A DNA stretch of 63,698 nt, filler included, from Octopus bimaculoides (taxonomy: Eukaryota): NCBI RefSeq assembly GCF_001194135.2. It is 7 parts of 7 records of this genome, joined end to end, with 100 filler letters (N's around TTAATTAATTAA, not from the genome) between each part and the next. Parts side by side here need not be neighbours in the genome. Positions count along the whole stretch, not along the records: positions 47,528 to 58,158 come from NC_068990.1; positions 58,259 to 59,384 come from NW_026338080.1; positions 59,485 to 63,698 come from NC_069004.1; 4 more parts are not named here. One strand, given 5' to 3'. The translations under genes were made by a program, and so were the position numbers. The notes below the pieces were generated by a model that saw only the letters and a program-made list of their open reading frames with translations, was not told the origin of the DNA and made no database searches. The first letter of the stretch is position 1. Every line of letters begins with the position of its first letter. This document shows positions 52,601-63,698 of the stretch, piece by piece.

Positions 52601-52985
52601 AAAGGCACATATCTAAAAAGCTATGATGCTCACAAACATACGCACACAAACACTAAAAGAGACATAAACACATTGAACATAATTGTAGTGCGTACACCTA
52701 CATATATGCACACTCAACCACATATTTACAAACACTGGTAACTGTCTTAATTGAAAAAGTCTTGCCACTTTCTTAGCGACCGCTTTGAACTCAATTACGA
52801 ACTTCAATAAATTTCAATGTAAAACACTGAAAATTTTCAATGCAAAACACACACATATATATATATATATATATAGGTATATGGAAAATGTATTCGAACA
52901 TGAATCTGAGCGAATGGCCTCATGAAGCAGTACCGCGAAATTTCAGTACCCACTCTCATGTCAAATTCAGCATTGAATAAATCTT

Positions 52986-53038
<53 letters not shown>

Positions 53039-54876
53039 AACACGCATGCACACACACACACACACACATAAGTGAGTGGTTGCTTGTGTGCGTATGTATA
53101 TTCATATATTTGAGAGATATTTAACCTCACCTGAATTTTGCTGATGACAAACATGTTGTCCACCTGCCTGGGGTGAAAAGTGAGTTTCTTTTCTGTTTTT
53201 TTTTTCTTCTGGTCGTGTATCTTAATCTTTACATAATTCACACAATACTTGACAAAGGTTGAAACTACAGGGAAGTCCATGGATAGCCCGTGGGCTTGAA
53301 CGAAAATATAGCCTGCGGTTGTTCTAAACAGCATTTCAGGGCAAATAATGCAAAAGTACTATTTTTTTCTTATATAATTTGGTAATTTAAAGATGGCGGT
53401 TATATACCATGATGACAGTATAAATACATACATACAGATATGAATCACACACGAATGTATGTGTGCGTCTGTATATGTGTGCGTATGTATATGTGTGCGT
53501 GCGTGTGTAGTTGTGTGTGTCTGTATTCTTCAATATTATCTATGCTAGTTTGCGTGATCAACTTCCATCGAACTCAGAATACCACCAGGCATGACACTTA
53601 CGAATTTCAATGGTGGTATATCGTTTTATATGAATGTGCGTGACAGTATGTGTGCACGCGAATGTGTTTATTTGTATGTATGTATGTATGTAGGCATGCA
53701 TATGTACATACACTCAGAGACACACGCATGTTTTCCTATATACATAAATTTATATATGTATACTTGTGTATATAAACACACACACGCACGCACACACTCT
53801 CTCACACACACACGCTCTCACACACACACTCACATATATATACATACGTATATATACTTACATATATAAGCATATATGCATGTATATGTGTGTGCGTATG
53901 TGTGTATGTGTATGTATGTTTGTATGTATATACATGCGTGTGAAAGTTAATCTCCGTTGTATATATGGAAATGTAACTAAATGTATATGAGAGTGTGTCT
54001 ATGTGAGTCAGTCTGTTTGAAATGAGGAGAAAGAAAGAAAGCAAGAAAGAAAGAAAGAAAGAAACGTGGGAGAGTGACTCACTGAGGGAGTAAAAGGGGA
54101 AAAGAAATGAATTGCAAGATTACTTCATAACGTTCAGTATATAACTACTTTGATCGGTTAATTTTTTTCTCTGTATTTTATTTGTAAATTTTCATATTTA
54201 CCTTCCTGTTGTTATTAAAAGTGAATGTATTATCGACATTTTAAAGTTGCCTGACCTTATCTTCAGGATATCTAACAGAAAATCAATGTTGTCCTGTGTT
54301 ACTTTACTCCTGGTTAGTTACAATGCTAAGTGTGGTTATTGACAAAATATCAACAATATGGCTGACAGAAAATGCTTTAACGGAGCGTTCTGCATACTAA
54401 ATACATATGCAGCAGTGTTTCATTTATATATGATACAGTGAGTTGGAAAGTTTCGGTAAACTAAGATTATCTATACAATTAGTAGGTAAACATTCCCTAT
54501 GGAGGTATTAGAAATTAAAATAATATAGGCAAGGACCACTTGAGTCAAAATGTCGTTACGGTAGTGCATCTGGTCTTTCGTCTAAATGCTAAGATCAAAG
54601 GACTCTCAAAAAAAAAAAAAAAAGCTTAAATGCGAATAGTTGTGCATTTTTCATACTCTGCTTCATTCCAGAGAATTGGAGTTCGAGATGTTTCAGAATT
54701 GTCTTTATCTTTAGGTATTGAAGCTTATTCGAGTTGCTAAGAATATGAACCAAATTTCCTTCATATCACAAAGGGGTTGATGCAGTGATTTACGTAGATA
54801 TCTGGCTCAAAAGAAAAATACAGGGAAGATGATAGTGATTAGAACACCGTTAATCAAACGGGAATTGTATTATTAT

Positions 54877-55260
54877 GGAGGCGCAATGGCCCAGTGGTTT
54901 GGGCAGCGGACTCGCGGTCATAGGATCGCGGTTTCGATTCCCAGACCGGGCGTTGTGAGAGTTTATTGAGCGAAAACACCTAAAGCTCCACGAGGCTCCG
55001 GCAGGGGATGGTGGCGAACCCTGCTGTACTCTTTCACCACAACTTTCTCTCACTCTTACTTCCTATTTCTGTTGTGCCTGTAATTCAAAGGGTCAGCCTT
55101 GTCACACTGTGTCACGCTGAATATCCCCGAGAACTACGTTAAGGGTACACGTGTCTGTGGAGTACTCAGCCACTTGCACGTTAATTTCATGAGCAGGCTG
55201 TTCCGTTGATCGGATCAACTGGAACCCTCGACGTCGTAAGCGACGGAGTGCCAACAACAA
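54877..55260 (+). mobile_element. Full-length young tRNA-derived SINE family D
   Basis: A-box tggcccagtggtt, B-box ggtttcgattccc, (CAA)n tail; 13-bp TSD attgtattattat / aatgtattgttat (11/13). Confidence 0.9.
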
Positions 55261-55890
55261 AATGTATTGTTATGTATAACTTCAGCACTGTGAACTGCCA
55301 CGAAGAGACGTGGTTTCTATTTGATAAAACATTTATTTATCCTTCAAATTTCAATGAGATTCAAACAAAACTTGACGTAAACGCAACTCACTTTCTTCGA
55401 AGTAGGGTATCTGTTTTGCAGCTGATGCAACAGGGGGTAACAGCAATTTTCCAGCTGCCCTACCGGCAGTAATCATTTAATAATATTTTCAGATGCTAAT
55501 CCGGATGAGTTTGTAAAAGATTACTCGTGGTCACTTACCATGTTAAATAGCATTCATTTATTGATTTGTTTGGAAAACTGTTACTATAGTTCGGAAGTTC
55601 TTTGAAGAATCTAGGTCAGCGGAGAAGAACGCAGTAGTAATTCAAAAGTTTCAAAGTTTGAAGGAAGAGCATGCTGTATTTGCTATGATTATGGATGATA
55701 TCATATTGAAATTTATTGTTAGTAGGAAATAAAGAATTCAAGAATAACTTTTTTATGACTGAAGTATCAGTACATTTGACAGAATGCCAAAACCTACTAT
55801 GAGGGAAGGGCGATAAAACGGTGTGAGTTGTGTGTTGGGAAGGTACCTAGAAATGATGCCCCTAACTGATGTTTTGATTGACTAATAAAA

Positions 55891-56105
55891 GGCGGTAAGC
55901 TGGCAGAATCGTTAGCACGCCGGGCGAAATGCTTAGCAGTATTTTATCTGTCGTTACGTTCTGAGTTTAAATTCTACCGAGGTCGAATTTTGCCTTTCAT
56001 CCTTTTTAGGGTCGATAAATTAAGTTCCAATTGCGTACTAGGGTCGATCTACTTGACTAGCCTCCTCCCTAGAAATTTCGGGCATTGTGCCTAGAGTAGA
56101 AAAAA
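55891..56105 (+). mobile_element. SINE family C
   Basis: ggcggtaagctggcagaatcgttagcacgccgggcgaaatgc... Confidence 0.85.
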
Positions 56106-56209
56106 TATTTTTGGGTTCATAAAATAATGGTTTGATTTTAGCACCAATATATTTTCCATCACTTCTAACGATGCATTCCCAACTTGATTTTAAAGATCCT
56201 TGTACAAAT

Positions 56210-56279
<70 letters not shown>

Positions 56280-57007
56280 TCACACACACACGCACGCACA
56301 AATACACACACACACACACACAACCGCACACGCAAACATACACATCTGTCGATACATATTGCCACATGAATTTATACCACAATTAGAGCTTGGAAACAGC
56401 TTCTTCTTTAATAAGCAATTATTTCTTCAATTATAAGTGACGGCAGTGAGCAACGTTTGCAATGCAACTGATGGGATTCATTGAAGAAAAAACTCTGTGC
56501 CCAATTTGGGATTACTTTTGGTTAACATTTTCAATCCTATTTAAAAAAATACTGGAAAGCATTTTTGGATGACTTCATATTTTCGGACAGAAGTAAGGAA
56601 TAACTTACGTAAGTCTTGAAATTAATAAAGAGCATTCATAAATTGACCGAATTCACATTTTGGTAAATAAGAAAATTGAGACTGTTACAACCTATCTCAA
56701 ATGCAAGGAAATGGATACGCGCTAAGATGTCAGATCTTAACTCCCATCCCATATTAAAACGAATGCCGCATTTAATATGGCAAGACATATATATCCAATA
56801 TTAAGGGATTCAAGTAGACGAATGACGACTTGTAAAATAAAAAATATTCTCTCAGAAAATGATACTCGAAATTTTTAGAAAACTACGCAATAATCAAGGC
56901 AAAAGAAATTCCAGTCTCTGACGGGGAAATCTTCACAATGAGGGTAAAGACAAAAACATAAATTATCTATTTATAGTGAAGTATAATACAAGAAACCTTA
57001 CATTCTT

Positions 57008-57237
57008 ATTTCTTTATTGCCCACAAGGAGCTAAACATAGAGGGGACAAACAAGGACAGACAAACGGATTAAACCGATTATATCGACCCCAGTGCGTAAC
57101 TGGTACTTAATTTCTCGACCACGAAAGGATGAAAGGCTAAGTCGACCTCGGCGGAATTTGAACTCAGAACGTAGCAGCAGACAAAATACCGCAAAGCATT
57201 TCGCCCGGCGTGCTAACGTTTCTGCCAGCTCGCCGCA
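57008..57237 (-). mobile_element. SINE family C, full length
   Basis: Reverse complement aligns end to end with 13184-13400. Confidence 0.9.
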
Positions 57238-57727
57238 TTAGATTCTACATTCTACCGAACGTTACGTTCTATATATACACCAATCATCAAATCTCAAAAA
57301 AAGAAAAAGTAATTACTCACAAAATCTTAACGGCTTCAGTCACAAAACATAAAAAAGTCTTTTAACTGAAAATTCACATCAGAAGAAAATAATGCAGGTA
57401 ACAAAATTTGGAGTACGTAGATGTCACTGTATGTGTGGATTTATATTATTTGTATGAATAATCTATCATTGTGATAGATGTAAAAAATACTACTTATTCA
57501 AACGAGGGTCACTAAATATAGATGTAATACCGTCAGGCCAATTCCTTTGTTTACTTTTATTCTCTACAATGGATGTAACAAACTCAGTTTTCTTTTTTTT
57601 TTATTCCATGATTTAGAGTTTTTATTGTTATTTGGATCAACGATTTAGCGGAATACATTTCCTTATTATCTTAGGCACGCAAAGGCACACACACAAACAA
57701 ACACATACACACACACACATAAACAGA

Positions 57728-57782
<55 letters not shown>

Positions 57783-57824
57783 AGATCGATCGATAGATGG
57801 ACAGACAGATAGATAGATAGATAG

Positions 57825-58158
57825 GTTTCTTTATTAGCCACACAGGGCTCAACACAGAGGGGACAAAATACAAATGTAGAGTTTTTCTTTTCGAGGGGGT
57901 CGAAAACAAAGCAGAAAAAAAAACAAAAGTGGGGACAACGATGAAAAAAAACATCGCAAAACGTTTGGGGTATTTACAAAAAATACGAAATAATACAGAA
58001 AATTCCCAATAAATGGGGAGGTTATCCGTGGAAAGAAAAACCTACGAAAAGACCACGGTAACCTCGGTCTTTAGCGTTACAGTTTGTTAAATAAAATTTC
58101 TTTTATTTAAGCAAGAAACGTGAGTAACTCTCTGTTTACAAAATTTTAGAACGTTTTA
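57825..58158 (-). mobile_element. Probable Tx1-type LINE 3' UTR ending at (CTAT)n
   Basis: Terminus ttgtcccctctgtgttgagccctgtgtggctaataaagaaacc(tatc)n, related to the 42246 terminus. Confidence 0.5.
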
Positions 58159-58359
58159 NNNNNNNNNNNNNNNNNNNNNNNNNNNNNNNNNNNNNNNNNN
58201 NNTTAATTAATTAANNNNNNNNNNNNNNNNNNNNNNNNNNNNNNNNNNNNNNNNNNNNGTGTTTGTGTGTCTTTGTTTGTCCCCCAACATCGCTTGACAA
58301 CCGATGCTTGTGTGTTTACATCTCCGTAACTTAGCAGTTTGGCAAAAGTGCCCAATGGA

Positions 58360-59245
58360 ATAGGTACATTCCATTGTATATTGAGCTCGGCATCAAGGAT
58401 AGGTTGTAGGGGATGGTAGAGCCAAGATAGGTAAACTTTTCCACCTCCTGTAGTTTGTGGTCTCCAATATGTATGTTTGGGATGTCCGATGTAGCCTGAC
58501 CCGTGATGCTGGTCTTCTTGAGGCTGATAACTAAGCCAAAGTCGCTACCTGTTTGCTCAAACAGTTGATGAGCCTTTGCAGGGCTTCTTCTGTGTGTGAT
58601 ACCAGAGCGGCATCATCAGCAAAGAGCATCTTCTTGATCAGGATGCTTCTGATTTTGGTCTTGGCACACAGACGTAAGAGATTGAGAGAGTTTCCAGTCA
58701 CTTCTACTGTGTAGAAACGCTCCATCATCTGATGTCTCAAAGACATGTGACAACAGCAGCGAGAAGAAGATGCCAAATAATGTAGGAGCTAGGACACAGC
58801 CTTGCTTTACGCCTTTCTTTATTTGGAAGGTGGTTGATATTGAACCATTGTGCTGTATGGTGCCTTGCATATCATCATAAAAAGATTTGATGATCCTCAG
58901 CAGCTTTGGTGAACATCCGATTTTTTGAAGCACGATGGAGAGGTCTTTTCTACTTACCAAGTCAAAGGCCTTTGTCAGATCAATGAAGGCCATATATAAT
59001 GGCATTTTCTGCTCTCTGGACTTCTCCTGAAGTTGGCGTATGGAGAATATCATGTCAATAGTTGATCTACTTCTTCTAATGCCACACTGCGATTCTGAAT
59101 AAATTCAAGAAGCAAGCAGTTGTAGCCTGGACAGGATAATGTGAGCAAAGGTCTTTCCAGCATTGCTGAGAACAGATATTCCACGGTAATTGTTACAATC
59201 ACCATGGTCACATTTGTTTTTGTAAAGCAAAATGATGTTAACATA
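58360..59245 (-). pseudogene. RTE-clade reverse transcriptase fragment
   Basis: NYRGISVLS...DMIFSIRQLQEKSREQ...AFIDLTKAFD...GVKQGCVLAPTLF...LFADDAAL...FTYLGS. Confidence 0.92.
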
Positions 59246-59484
59246 TCACATATCCTATATATATTATGTATATATATTTAAATATATATATATTAGGTAT
59301 ATATATATATTATGTAGTGAGTTCAAAAAAGAAAAACGACAAAAAAACAACAACAACAAGAGGACGTGATACAGATATTGTGTTNNNNNNNNNNNNNNNN
59401 NNNNNNNNNNNNNNNNNNNNNNNNNNNNTTAATTAATTAANNNNNNNNNNNNNNNNNNNNNNNNNNNNNNNNNNNNNNNNNNNN

Positions 59485-59543
<59 letters not shown>

Positions 59544-59632
59544 GTTCATTAAACGCACCCACCTTCTTCCCGTCGTCCGTTTCGACTTCTAAGTAATCTG
59601 ACAGCGATAACATTATACATAAACACGCAATG

Positions 59633-59664
<32 letters not shown>

Positions 59665-59769
59665 CACGCACGCACGCACGCGCGCGCGTATATATGAAAT
59701 TGGGTGTATATATAGGCGATCATTAACAGTAATCATCCTTTTAAACTTTTCATCTCACAGAAATACTAT

Positions 59770-59891
59770 CACGCAGTTACATTATGTGTGTGTGTATATG
59801 TATGTATATATATATGTATGTAAATATTTGTATGTATATATATATGTATGTATGTAAATATATGTATGTATATATATATGTATGTATGTAA

Positions 59892-59925
<34 letters not shown>

Positions 59926-60115
59926 GTGTGTATGTATATATATAAGTACATATATGTGTATATATATGTATGTATATGTGTGTATATATGTATGTGTGTA
60001 TATATGTGTGTGTATGTATATATATATATGTGTGTGTATATATGTATATATATATATGTGTATGTGTATATATATATACGTATGACGTCAACTATGTGTG
60101 TGTGTGTGTGTGTAT
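59770..60115. repeat. Long TA/TG compound microsatellite
   Basis: Seen directly; source of the Y/I/H/T/V/C-rich spurious ORFs. Confidence 0.95.
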
Positions 60116-61060
60116 CGGGTGGCAAAGTGAAATGGTGACCAACGAGCCAGACGATTGATTAATAATTCTTCACCCAATAAACTTTTAAGCTTTGCACCAG
60201 AAAGAAAGAAAGAAAAGAAAGATATCGTAATTGATTTCTTCGAAAAATAAAAAAAAAAGTATTAAAAAAAAACCTTAAATCTCTCGTAGATCTTTTGAAC
60301 TTTTGATAGGCCGGCTTCCTTTTCTCTTTCTTTTTTTTTCCAATTTATTTATTTATTGAATGCCAATAATAATAATAATCCTTTCTACTATAGGCACAAG
60401 GCCTGAAATTTTAGCGGGAGGTAATAATAAAAGCAAGACTTGACAAGTTTCTAACGAAAAACGAAACGAAAAATGTAGCTATAACGTTATCTTTACAAAA
60501 TACCAGCTATATACTGAGGCCGATTTGATCGACCCATCCTTTTACCCCACCCCAGCCTCAGTAGCTAGAGTTTGTATTATCTGGGCCGTTTTTTTTTTTT
60601 ATCTATACTCAGTAGAGTAACGTGGGGTGGGTGGTATTTTCAGATCCCCACGGAAGAGGATACACTGTGTACACGTGTTTGCTGTAGTAGACAAATATAT
60701 TAGGTTTAAGGAGATGGAGGGGGGGCACTGATTTTGACAACGGCACAGGACCTCCAAACCCCAAACCCCACTGTATCGTCACTGTGTGCCCTCTCCCCTC
60801 AGAAAACAATTCCGTGCAAGACGGACTGTTTCTCCTCGCCCTTTTTGTTATACAAATGCTAACAACCTCCCCAAAATTTACTGACTTTATATTGTTATAT
60901 ANNNNNNNNNNNNNNNNNNNNNNNNNNNNNNNNNNNNNNNNNNNNNNNNNNNNNNNNNNNNNNNNNNNNNNNNNNNNNNNNNNNNNNNNNNNNNGTCATT
61001 GATTTCCCCCTCTCCTCAAACAAACGGCTGGCTTTGTGCCAAAATTAGAAGCCCAAGCTG

Positions 61061-61104
<44 letters not shown>

Positions 61105-62808
61105 GACAATGAAAGACAGATATACACATATATACACATAGACAGAAAAATAGAAGAACGACTGGTAATAGAGAGCATGAGCAAATCAGAAGAGGCATTC
61201 ATGTGACTGAAATGCGAACGCTGCCGGGGCTGGAGTTGGTATGATATCACGAACGACCGCGTGCAAGCCAAGTGCCAGCCAAGTGCCAGCATGGCATCAC
61301 TTGTACGTGCAAATATTGCTTTTTTTTAAAAATATATATTTGTTTTAACTTTATTTTTGTTTCATATTTTTGTTACACTCCCACCCACAACACACACACA
61401 CACACACACTCTTACACTCACACTTTTAGGCTTGTACTAATGACGAACTTACACGCTATTTACACGGCGTAGCCATTACTTCTCCTCCACCGTGTAATGT
61501 GTGTACGTGACTTTGTGTTTGTAGATGTGGAATTGTGTGCGTGTGTGTTTATTTGATCATAAACTAGCCAACTTTTTAAAATATGCTTTGAGTGCAAGTT
61601 TGTGTATATAATGATTGTTTGCGATGTGCGTAAATATAGAATTTGGTTGAAGTTTGCATGTATGCGTGTTTGTCTTTCTATGAATGTATATCGCTTGCGT
61701 ATATTCATAGCAAGCAGATGATATAAATGTATGTATGTGTGTTTGCTTCTTTTCATAAAGAGATAAAATAAATACAAATATAGCGTATGCATTTATATAT
61801 TTTTAAAGAAAAATCTTTGTATGGTCTGAATGGGCAGTGGTAAAAATGTGAGTGTGATAGAGAGAAGAGACGAAAAAATATCTCCGTTTTCATAATGAGC
61901 AGACGACGGACAATAAAAGAAATATGTGACTGCGAAGGACTGCATTGTCGAAAGTAGTACATGTCTGAATAACTGAAAGGTAGTTAGAAGCATATTCTTC
62001 ATGGACAAATTGATTTTTAAGTCCATTGTAAACTCTCAACAACAAGTGAAGCAATTTCCAAACGGTTCTGAGCTTCATAACGAACGTTGCTGATATATTT
62101 TCAAAGTATTGATGGTTTCGTTTTTTATTAATCATTATATCAAGCAATGGCGATTCTAGAACGAACTTCATAATTTTTGGAGTGATTCGGTTGATAAAAA
62201 AAAAAGTGCAATTGATTTATATTTAGATATTAAACACATTAGAAATTTAAGTGCATGAATGTATGTTTATATATATACACACAAAAAAACTGATGATAAC
62301 TATGTATTTATCCCATATAAATACGATAAAATTGTCAGTAAGCCGATTGCTTGATTTTTCATTACATAAATAGGCGCCATTTATCAATATGGATGCCTCT
62401 CTCTCTTATGACAACGCTGGTCTTTTGCTTTCTGGAAATGCAAGTTGTGAAGTAGTTACAGAACCAGATTCGCCGAAAGCTTACCGCCCATTCTATAGCA
62501 ATCATTATATGGGTATTATTACCTATGTTAATGAGTGCGCATTATCCACCTACACACGAAGACATAACCGATAAACTACAGTCCTACACACAAATTGTGG
62601 GGATATTTTTTTTTTTTTCAGAGTCCAAGCATTTCATGATGTATTTGTTTTCCACATATATATTTTTTTGTTCAGTTGATTTTTTTTTTTTAATTATTCC
62701 TGACATTTTTTCTAATAAAAGACCAGGAACTCACAAAAAGTGGATTCTGGTGATGGCTAATTTTTCATCTGGTTTCTTGTTCCTTTTTTTCTTTTCTTGG
62801 TTTATATA

Positions 62809-62845
<37 letters not shown>

Positions 62846-63016
62846 GTTTATATATGTCCGCTGGATTGTTTCTCATATAATTTATTCATACACCGCCTCT
62901 ATATTCGTGTGTATATATATATATATATATTCACACATATACACGCATATGTATACGTATATATATATTTCATTAGTGATCGCCATAGGCTTTACGCTTA
63001 TATAAAAATACCATTA

Positions 63017-63057
<41 letters not shown>

Positions 63058-63346
63058 TTGGCAACTAATAGCTATTATCGATGTACAGAAACAATTGCTG
63101 TGAGATGTGATTAAAGCCTGTTCGTTCCATCTTCTCGCTTTATAAATTTATATACATATGTATATATTTACACAAACATATTCACTTGCTGGCTTCTGAT
63201 ATTATTAATAATTCATTCTTATACAGCAGATTTTGTTATATAAAAGAAACAACAGCGAATGGTTTATTCTGGAAATCAACTAATATAAGAACAGAGATAC
63301 TCGGTCATCACACTAACGAACTCTCCCATATGGAAGGGTTCTAAAC

Positions 63347-63455
63347 CAGAAATGGGCAAGTTGCGGCCTGCAGAACTTCTTGAATTGTTTTTAGGAGTGT
63401 TGCTTGCCTCTCGTGTCTCGTGCGGCCCTTTGTCAAGAAAGGTTGTCCTTACCTG
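63347..63455. mobile_element. hAT-Charlie-like MITE
   Basis: cagaaatgggcaagttgcggcc ... gcggccctttgtcaagaaaggttgtccttacctg; flanks ttctaaac / (t)ttttaaac resemble the NTCTARAN TSD. Confidence 0.55.
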
Positions 63456-63503
63456 TTTTAAACAAGCCAAAGTGAGTATGCTTTAATTGTCAAACCCGTA
63501 TAT

Positions 63504-63551
<48 letters not shown>

Positions 63552-63698
63552 CCTCTCTCTCTCTCTCTATTTAAAGAGATTTGTTGTGTAAGGCCGGTAC
63601 AATGCGAAAAGGTACAAAATAAACTACGAAACTCATTATACCACATAATGCTTCACCAAATCTACCTCACTTTAATGTAGATATATAGATAGATATAC

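Noticed and set aside
54877-54950. tRNA gene
   Set aside because: It is the head of SINE D, continuous with the SINE body, tail and TSD.
59769-60158. Y/I/H/T/C/V-rich ORFs (also 30373-30734, 38076-38557, 56038-56436)
   Set aside because: Translations of TA/TG/CA microsatellites.
62525-63103. 192-aa plus-strand ORF
   Set aside because: F/I/Y-rich product of T-runs and (TA)n; no coding bias or domain.

Overview
AT-rich, microsatellite- and retroposon-dense animal genomic DNA with many N gaps. The SINE and microsatellite content suggests an octopus-like cephalopod (inference, not checked by search). The only host coding sequence I can firmly support is one 197-nt minus-strand exon (9067-9263) of a PP2A B56/B' regulatory subunit (PPP2R5, epsilon/widerborst-like). 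Its neighbouring coding exons are not visible, although candidate upstream exons lie at 30262-30385 and about 30807-30980. The rest is intronic/intergenic and filled with decayed mobile elements: at least five SINE types (my labels A-E), RTE, Tx1/L1, R4/Dong (RLE) and CR1-like LINE relics, a near-complete Chapaev-3-like DNA transposon with intact TIRs and TTA TSD, a DD37D mariner-type relic and several MITEs. The most notable observations are (i) Penelope-type minimal hammerhead-ribozyme motifs, two of them in a 480-bp fold-back and two of a CUGUUGA core-variant family; (ii) Tx1 and R4/Dong elements sharing (AAT)n tracts from opposite strands; (iii) an RT-deleted Dong derivative; and (iv) LINE/SINE 3'-tail sharing. 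Six N44-TTAATTAATTAA-N44 blocks are assembly spacers, not biology. Element boundaries and TE family names come from reading by eye and are approximate unless TIRs or TSDs are cited.
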